60,681 nt of DNA, from positions 23,032,422-23,093,102 of the forward strand of contig NC_068994.1 of assembly GCF_001194135.2 (NCBI RefSeq), in the 5' to 3' direction. The position numbers and the translations under genes were made by a program. Every line of letters starts with the position of its first letter. Position 1 is the stretch's first letter. Below the pieces are notes generated by a model. That model was not told the DNA's origin. It did not search any database and saw nothing but the letters and a program-made list of their open reading frames with translations. This stretch comes from Octopus bimaculoides. Its lineage: Eukaryota. This document shows, piece after piece, positions 53,801 through 60,681 of this stretch.

Positions 53801-56800
53801 CACGCACACATATGCACGCACACACATGCACGCACACACATGTGCACACACAAACATAAAACTAAAGAGAAGAAAAGGAAGACACCGATAGAATTCGAGT
53901 GAAACCAAACATAATATAAAATGAGTCATTAGACAGCTGATATATGAAAAGAAATTGACAGATGAAAATTTTTGAGGAAAATTGTGATATATATATATAT
54001 TTGGAAAAAAAGACAAAAAAAAAAAAAAGAGAATCAGTTGATTTTGAGTGGATTATAGGTAAATCTTGGTATATACATATGTATTCTAAAGTGAGGAAGG
54101 ATACCAGCTGTTGTAGTTCTACTGTTCTTAATAAATGGGATGTAGATTAATGGAATGCTTCAGCAGGATCCTAATTCAAATATTGCAATGGAACAAACTG
54201 GTTGTCATTAGATTACCAGATCTGTGCTGATATTCATTAGCAATGGAATTTGTTTTATTAACAGAAGTACTTTTGAAGTGGTACATTTGTTAGGTCAATC
54301 AGTTCTATCTTTTGTAACCCATTTCTGACATGTCATAACAGTTTCAAATTTGGGTACAAGGCTAGTAATTTTGGGGGAGTGGGTAAGTCAATTACATCAA
54401 TCCTAGTGATCAATTGGTACTTATTTTATTGATCCTGAGAGGATGAAAGGCAAAGTTGGCTTTGGCAGAATTTGAACTCAGAACATGAAGATGGATGAAA
54501 TGCCTCTAAGGATTTTTCCCAGCATGCTAACAATTCTGCTAGCTAACTGCTCTATTTCTGACATATAATATCAATGACCCAAACTCTTATGATTTATAAA
54601 GTTCAAGTGTAATGTTTTATTGCTTTCTCACTGTCATAGATTTTAAATTCAAAAGCATAATTACATGTAAATTTTCTTTTAATAAAAGTAAGATAAAAAC
54701 ATTAAAAGTATACTACTCTTCATATAGACAAATTGCACTTACCTCCGTCTGTCAGGTTTTTCTATTAATTGTGCTATCATCTTTTCTAAATCAAATTTTT
54801 TCCAGTTTATTAAATTAGTAAACCAACTTGACTCCAAAACATCAAACTAACAAAGATAAAAGAGACATCGTTTCATAAAATCAAAAAAAACAGGTTTAAT
54901 ACAAAGTCTATATATCTTGTACATCATTATATGTGTAAATAATTTTGATTAAGTGTATAGTATCACTTCTAGAACCATTATATGGGCAGGTCACTTGAGT
55001 TTGCCACTGGCAACATGTAATCTAGTACAACATATTTCATGGTTGATTTGTCAGTAATCCTACCAAGTTTGCTTGATGAGGAGGGTGATTTTTGACACCC
55101 TGCAAGATGAAAAACCAGGCCCTGCCTAAAAGCAGATAAACCCAGGGAAGTTGATGGCCATCCAATAATATGCACAGAAGTATCGTCAGATGATGGCTTA
55201 GCTGGCTGAAACTTCAAAGCCACTCTCAACAACATTCTTGTTTAAGAGTAATAAATTTGTACTCTGCTAAACCATAGAGTAACCCATCAGATTATTGTAA
55301 AATTGTTTTCATTATAACTGAACACAAAAACAAACACAAAAAAACAAACACAAAAAAACAAACAAACACACACACACACACACACACGTTTTGCTTATTG
55401 GAAGTGGATTTGTGTTTAACATTGTTATCTAATAAAATGCTAATCATATACTCAATATATCTGTTATTACTGTAGTGAAGGCCTAGTTGAAGTGGGTCAT
55501 TGAAAGAATTTCTTTAGAAATGTATCCCAGTTTTACACAGTAAATAAAAACTTGTGAAAGTTACTTACCTGTTTATAATAGTTATTAAGAAATGTAGTAT
55601 TGAGCATGAATGAAGGGTAACTGACTTTCTCTATCATAGAATCCAGCTAAAAAAAAATGAACAGAATTAGTAGTATTTAACACACACAGATACACAAGCA
55701 ACAAAAGAAAGAAAAACTGAAATGGAAAATAGAAGTTATCTGGAGTCTTTTCAGAGACTCTTTTGCTGACATAACTATAGACTAGTGCCCATATTACTGA
55801 TTACTAATATCCAGTAATATAGGTTGGATAATATAGTATACAGCAGTTGCTGTATCAGTATACAGCAAACAGATGCAAATAAAGAACAACTGGATGCATT
55901 CATAATAAATCACTTGAAACTGATTACTTGGAAAGAGAGGGTCAGCAATACCATAATCCTAGAGAAAGCCAAGCTTCTTAGCAAAGAAAAAATATTGGTT
56001 CAATGAATTCTCCACTATCTTGGGTTTGTTGTAAGAATGGAGGAAACACAGTTATCAAAGCAAATATTAAACTTGCAACTATCTAATGGTAGAAGAAATT
56101 GAAGAAGATCCTGACTGAAATATGAGAATGTGAACAATTCAAGCCATCATAATGGATGGTTAATTTTGACTATCAACAGAGTACCCATAATGGTTATGAT
56201 TATCTGCATCATTGTTCTTCCAAAATAAGATCTTTCATATAAGCCATGATGATCATAAAGCTAGAAGTTTGTGTATTGGATATTACTAAGTGATATCTTG
56301 GTTGTAAGTGAGAATGTAATGACATATCACTTAAAAGTAAGAATAACTTCAATGGCGGAGCATCCAAGGAAAGCTGAAATCATGTGCTCTGGTGGTCTTC
56401 ACACTAGAGATAATGGGGATTTATCTCCCTGCTAGTGATATAAATAACATATATAACATTATTTGTTGGAGAATATGAGGCTATGATAGAAAAATACCAA
56501 ATATAAAGAAAAATTACAATCATTTCAATCATAGCCAGAGTATGGTTATTTTCACTGTATGTGCATTAATGAGTTTTATTTTACAATACAAATACCTAAT
56601 CATTTAAAAGTTAAATTGTTCATTCTTTATACAGTTTTATTTTTTCTTTGTAATAATTATAGAGTGGAAGAACTATTTTGTCTGAAGTCATATGAAAGCT
56701 GTTACATTCATTTTCCATTTTGTGAAATGTCAAAATTTTCAAAACAATTGCAAGACAAGCATCAAGTGGATGTGGAACAAAGAAGATGCCAGAGTCCAAC

Positions 56801-57333
56801 ATTACTCACAGTCAACACTTTATAAACAAGTTCACATTGTTGACATTACAAATGAGAATGGTTTGGTGTTAAATAACTCTTTTTTGTGATAATCACAATT
56901 TGAAATTGCTATTCTCACTTTGAAATTGCAATTCTCATTTTGAAATCATTAATTTCACTTTGAAGGGACAATATCTTCCATTAGAATTACAAACATTATT
57001 GTGGTCACTGCAGTGCTATTGAATCCAAATTAATAATTACAATGTTGTTACTTAGAAGTTTGATCTCATTCTACTTAATGGTCACTACAGCTTTGCTATC
57101 ATACGACTTTGGTCTACCTTGGTGTCATACCACTAATAATTACTGTGTTATACTACTTATATCTCACAAAAAATAACGATTAAGTTCTGGTTGACACTAA
57201 GTAGAAGGTTAAATAGGGTAGTAACTAGGTAGAGAATAAATTGTTTTTATAGGGTGGATATCACAGCCTTTTGGCTAAGATCAAAGTACAGTATGTATGT
57301 ATGTGTGCACGTGTGAGTGTGTATGTGTGTGTA

Positions 57334-57405
<72 letters not shown>

Positions 57406-60139
57406 TATACATATATATACATATATATATACATATATATACATATACTGAGAGAGAGAGAGAGAGAGAGTGAGAGAGAGAGAGAGAGAGGGAGAGAGAG
57501 AGAGAGAGAAAGAGAAAGAAAGAGAGCTAAGGAAGTAGATTGTTAATAAAGTAGAATTAATGGTAAATAGTTACTTTTGCAGCCGCCGCAGCTTTTGTAT
57601 ACTTGTCCATCCAGAACTTTCTCAGGATGTAGGCTTTAAATGCCTCCTTGATATATTTAATTAAGTTTTCAATCTAAATTAGAAATAAATAAAAAATATA
57701 TAAACAATACAACATATTTTTGATTGTAATAAATTTTGGGTAGTATGTATCATAGTTATCTTTGTGTCTGTGTAAAGTTTTAGTTTACTTGAGTGTTGCT
57801 GTGTATTGTGTATGTGTGAGTATTTGCATGTATGCATGTGTGTAGGCTGTGTGTGTGTAATTTGAATATTTGATGTCCATGCAGTACATCTATTTATAAA
57901 TATCACATACATACATACACATAAAAACATATAGTCTATGATCTCCTCATAACAGAAGTTAGCTAGTTAACAATGTATTGGAGTAAGGCAATATTGGGCT
58001 GAATTCTAGTTGATTAGAATTAGATTATTAATTACTCAACCTAAGTTAAGTTATCCTTGTGAAAGTGGATTGTAATGATTATTTTTATTTATTCAAGGCA
58101 AAAAATGTTTAAAAAATTGGAGACAATTGTAAAGAGTTACCTCTATTCCTACATTGTATCTCTTTCTCTACTCATTGGTAAGTAAAATGGAGCTTTGCTT
58201 ATATACAGCATGTGACAGTAGTCTCTTATCTTTGAGAGCTTCAGCAAAAGCAATCATTCCTTCTGGGACAAGATACACTTAGTAAAGATACCTGTCTATG
58301 CACTCCACCTATCTTTCATCTCAAGGATTAGTTGTTTCTTGTCTCAAAAACTGGCTCTTAGTCCCTACATCTTAAAGATTGGCCATTAGGGCTTGGAAGT
58401 TCTTCAGCTCCTAATATATGTTAATGGATCTTTCTCCAGCCCACATTAGGTTAACCTTTTAGCATTCAGTTTATTCTGTCAAATGTAATGTTTATTTATT
58501 CAATGTTTTGAATTAATCATGCATTGTCTTGTAACTTTGAGATTTCAATGATGTGATTGTTTACTTTTAGAATGGCATTATAAAGTAGGTGTGAGAAGCT
58601 GAATCTGATTTAATCATAAAACAAATTGAATATTTTGGCTGGATATGGTTGGTTTAAATGCTAAAGGGTTAAGTGTTCCTCTTGTTTTGGTTATGTCTCT
58701 GAGACTCTTCTCTCTCTCCACATAAATAAAATGCCAACTGTCATTTGTTAGGTGATACTACATTTTTCTTCTTGATATAAACATTTTCCACTTGTAACCT
58801 AAACACAGACTTTTATGAATGGTGAACTCGAAAAGATCCTGCAATGAGGATATCATAAATAAGTTTTATTCAACACCACTATGACATAGTCATTAGATAT
58901 ACCATGAAAATGTAAAAGTGTACACGTTTCTTACTCATCACTTAACTTTTGTATATTTTATAAATGCCAAGTTTCACAATTTTTGATCATCTTTTGTAGC
59001 AACCACACATTACACAATTAGATCTACACCTCAAAAGCTAATTTAGGAATTGATCAGTTGCTGACTCACCATCTCTAAGTAAGTCCTACTCACTGTCATG
59101 CTACAACCACAAGCTTTCAGACCAGACCATTAAAACACTTTTTGCTTTGTCTAAAGACACTGATCTAAAGATGTTTAAGCTGGATATTAACTACACCAGT
59201 TTGGTTGTGGTGGGAATCTAATGAAGCAGTAAGGTTTTCTGATTATAAGGAATTCAATTTATATTCACATCTCCCTGTTGCTTTGTATCAGATGAGCCCT
59301 AACTGAAAAGAGCTATGATCAAATGCATTCTGTCTATAACCATTGTTTTCTCTGTTATAATGCATTTGGGACTATATAATCCAGTGTGGCCTTATTTTAA
59401 AATGATAGGACATAGTTACAGAGGGATTTACCTGTTATATAATTGGTACTGTTTATATAAAAGATCAGTTATAATAAATTACCAAAACCTATGACACAAA
59501 TGACACAACTATAAAAGAATAAAAATAGGAGTGATTTAAGCATGATTACACTAGGAAAATATATGGAGTGATTAGTATCTTTACAGTTGGACTAAGTGAT
59601 AAAAATCACTCAACTCATCTTCGTCTGGAATTATACATAATTCAGAAACATGTCCATAGTTGTCACAATACTGTCAAAATCAGACAGACTTCCCATTGCA
59701 TTGCCTACATTATATTTTTAATTAATTTTAATTAATTAAAACAATGGGTTTGACTTTTCTGCTTCTTGATTAGTATTGATCATTAAGTTGATAATTCTTT
59801 TTCCCCACAACAGATATAAGCATAGGAGCTTAGATTTTACTTGAAATATGTTAGCACAGATCTTACTAAATAATAAGGATTAAAAAGAATTTGATGAATT
59901 GATGATTTAATTACTGGAGTTTTAATCAATCAAAAGAATGACAACTGACTGTCTGCAACTACAATTTTAACAGAAATTAATATTGGAAGAAAAAAAAGGG
60001 AAAGAAAGATTGGTTACTTTGTCATGGATTTCTCTCCCCTTTGTTGCTGCCTTTACGTAGATGGCACCAGTGGCAAAACCCAATGCTTTGTTTGTATAGA
60101 AAATGCATCGTTTCCAGTTGTCCAATGGTTTACGAGAAT
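37727..60139 (-). CDS. M13-family (neprilysin/endothelin-converting enzyme-like) zinc metallopeptidase, 3' part: 11 coding exons, 5' end outside window
   Basis: Join of 60139-60018, 57673-57575, 55646-55569, 54846-54743, 48838-48728, 47537-47470, 45013-44889, 44766-44701, 42718-42623, 42277-42201 and 37826-37727 gives 1046 nt in one open frame, with AG/GT at every junction and matching phases. Motifs: [24 protein letters not shown]-terminal KCEVW*. The orthologue cannot be assigned by eye. Confidence 0.95.
37871..38130. mobile_element. hAT-type MITE in the last intron
   Basis: TIRs cagtgattctcaac / gttgagaaccactg; 8-bp TSD accgaaat / acctaaat (7 of 8 identical). Confidence 0.85.
39270..40170 (+). 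mobile_element. Degraded RTE-type LINE reverse transcriptase core (intronic)
   Basis: [41 protein letters not shown]. Confidence 0.85.
42201..42277 (-). CDS. M13 peptidase exon: [25 protein letters not shown](R)
   Basis: ctcAG acceptor, GTAACA donor, 77 nt, phase 0 to 2; aligns with xWC...TDxHSP...R. Confidence 0.9.
42623..42718 (-). CDS. M13 peptidase exon: [32 protein letters not shown]
   Basis: acAG acceptor, GTAAGG donor, 96 nt; LPGL..T..QLF...FAQ motif. Confidence 0.95.
43770..44100 (-). mobile_element. SINE family B copy (intronic)
   Basis: (CAT)n end and ggtttctatagctgaacgccctccttcatgccaacc motif. Confidence 0.6.
44110..44480 (+). mobile_element. CR1/L2-type APE endonuclease fragment (intronic)
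   Basis: [34 protein letters not shown]. Confidence 0.7.
44701..44766 (-). CDS. M13 peptidase exon with third zinc ligand: [22 protein letters not shown]
   Basis: cctAG acceptor, GTAAGT donor, 66 nt; ENIADNGG. Confidence 0.96.
44889..45013 (-). CDS. M13 peptidase exon: (G)[41 protein letters not shown]
   Basis: aaAG acceptor, GTAAGT donor, 125 nt; YD..G.L..WW...T...F...QC motif; also visible in the ORF track. Confidence 0.95.
45636..45713 (+). ncRNA. Type I hammerhead ribozyme motif, solitary, antisense within an M13 intron
   Basis: CCAGTA CTGAGGA TGGG-TAAGGC-CCCA GAAA C CAGTTCTA G TT TACTGG; stem I extends through GGCAAG/CTTGCC and CTAGCA/TGCTGG. Confidence 0.75.
45937..46326 (-). mobile_element. 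SINE family A, best-preserved copy (tRNA-like head, (TG)n middle, body); other pieces near 3540-3700, 5760-5910, 19140-19320, 25560-25730, 42303-42365, 53400-53590
   Basis: Minus strand begins gtggttgtgtggtaagaag...gggttcagtcccactgcgtagcaccttgagcaagtgtcttctac (A-box- and B-box-like); recurs through the window. Confidence 0.75.
47470..47537 (-). CDS. M13 peptidase exon with zinc motif: [22 protein letters not shown](G)
   Basis: tttcAG acceptor, GTAAGT donor, 68 nt; HExxH present. Confidence 0.95.
47792..48683. other. Assembly gap. Other gaps: 2361-2962, 13466-13930, 16713-16726, 25790-25817, 35851-36047, 51818-52534
   Basis: N runs, mostly bordered by microsatellites; the M13 frame joins across the gaps without needing hidden exons. 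Confidence 0.98.
48728..48838 (-). CDS. M13 peptidase exon: (R)[36 protein letters not shown](Q)
   Basis: cttcAG acceptor, GTAAGT donor, 111 nt, phase 2 to 2; aligns with W...P..VNAFY...N.I.FPAGILQPPFF. Confidence 0.9.
51158..51640 (-). mobile_element. SINE family B, best-preserved copy (RTE-like 3' tail); others near 25250-25480, 34600-34830, 53050-53360
   Basis: catcatcattgtttaacgtctgctttccatgctagcatgggttggacg... recurs several times; the tail resembles the 3' end of the RTE LINE near 15740-15790. Confidence 0.75.
54743..54846 (-). CDS. M13 peptidase exon: [34 protein letters not shown]
   Basis: ttAG acceptor, GTAAGT donor, 104 nt, phase 0 to 2; fits both neighbours. Confidence 0.88.
55569..55646 (-). 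CDS. M13 peptidase exon: [26 protein letters not shown]
   Basis: (T)nAG acceptor, GTAAGT donor, 78 nt; corresponds to the KIGYP..I.N...L..YY segment. Confidence 0.9.
55800..56250 (+). mobile_element. Degraded RTE-type LINE C-terminal fragment (intronic)
   Basis: LDAF....[19 protein letters not shown]...GFVVRM...LSKQIL...NGRR. Confidence 0.6.
56896..56964. repeat. 20-bp minisatellite, about 3.3 copies
   Basis: tgaa recurs at 56901, 56921, 56941 and 56961. Confidence 0.75.
57575..57673 (-). CDS. M13 peptidase exon: [33 protein letters not shown]
   Basis: tttAG acceptor, GTAACT donor, 99 nt; I..AF...WMD..TK..A..K motif. Confidence 0.92.
58455..58668. mobile_element. piggyBac-type MITE (intronic); partial second copy at about 46375-46500
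   Basis: TTAA on both sides (58451-54, 58669-72); TIRs ccttttagcatt / aatgctaaaggg. Confidence 0.7.
60018..60139 (-). CDS. M13 peptidase exon (first in window): [41 protein letters not shown]
   Basis: ttcAG acceptor, GTAACC donor, 122 nt; matches the M13 RW..C...G.A.G..YV segment. Confidence 0.88.
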
Positions 60140-60292
60140 CTGAATTAGCAGAAAAAAGAAAATTAGAATTTTAAGTAATGAGATTATTAAAGAAATATGG
60201 CAACTGTTGTCAATGTATAGATGTTGCATAATCCACATAGTTGTAATATCCTTGGTTTTCATATTCGTGTAATGCATGTTAGCTTAGTCGAC

Positions 60293-60552
60293 ATGAAAAG
60301 AAAAGAAGATAGAGAGAACGAAAAAAATTTTTACAATTTCAGTTGTGGTGCACGTAATTCTTTTCTAAATTTCACTTGAAGTGCAAGGGTCTCTTCACTT
60401 TCTTAGCTTGTTATAACATTTCAGACTCTAACAAGCTAAGAAGGTGAAGAGATCTGTGCACTTCGACTGGAATTAAGAAAAGAACTACATGCACCACAAT
60501 TGAAATTGTAAAAAAAAAAATTTTTTTTCTTTCTCTCCATCTTTTTCTCTTT
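60293..60552. repeat. Intronic fold-back (long hairpin)
   Basis: 86-nt arms at 60328-60413 and 60429-60514 with a 15-nt loop; looser pairing continues outward. Confidence 0.85.
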
Positions 60553-60681
60553 CTTCTCCCATTTTTTTTTGGTATTTGAATAAATCTATTACAAAATTTA
60601 AAAACAACTGCACGTTTTGAGATTCAGGTGCATTTTCAAACCCCCAAACAAATTTTCCCATGTATATATATATATATATAT

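Noticed and set aside
54060-54125. AGILPHF on the minus strand resembling PAGILQ
   Set aside because: No suitable donor, and it is not needed by the complete exon chain.

Overview
AT-rich eukaryotic genomic DNA, dense in microsatellites, with seven N gaps. The repeat content and SINE/LINE motifs look like an octopus or other coleoid cephalopod (inference). There is one host gene: the last 11 coding exons of an M13 (neprilysin/ECE-like) zinc metallopeptidase on the minus strand, 60139 to 37727. I assembled them by hand; all introns are GT-AG, phases are compatible, and they give about 347 aa ending KCEVW-stop. The 5' exons lie beyond the window. The protein keeps HEITH, ENIAD and the Arg717 equivalent, but three normally conserved active-site motifs have changed: VNAFY to VSPFY, GFDD to AFGI, and DxHSP to DHFAP. 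The rest of the window is mostly transposon-derived. It includes a near-intact Penelope-like retroelement in tandem arrangement with an intact type I hammerhead ribozyme, and a second Penelope relic with outward-facing inverted repeats. It also includes three mariner copies, hAT, piggyBac and Tc1-type MITEs, fold-back elements, RTE and CR1 LINE fragments, and many SINEs. A second, solitary hammerhead motif lies antisense inside an intron of the peptidase gene. All calls were made by eye; no database searches or folding programs were run.
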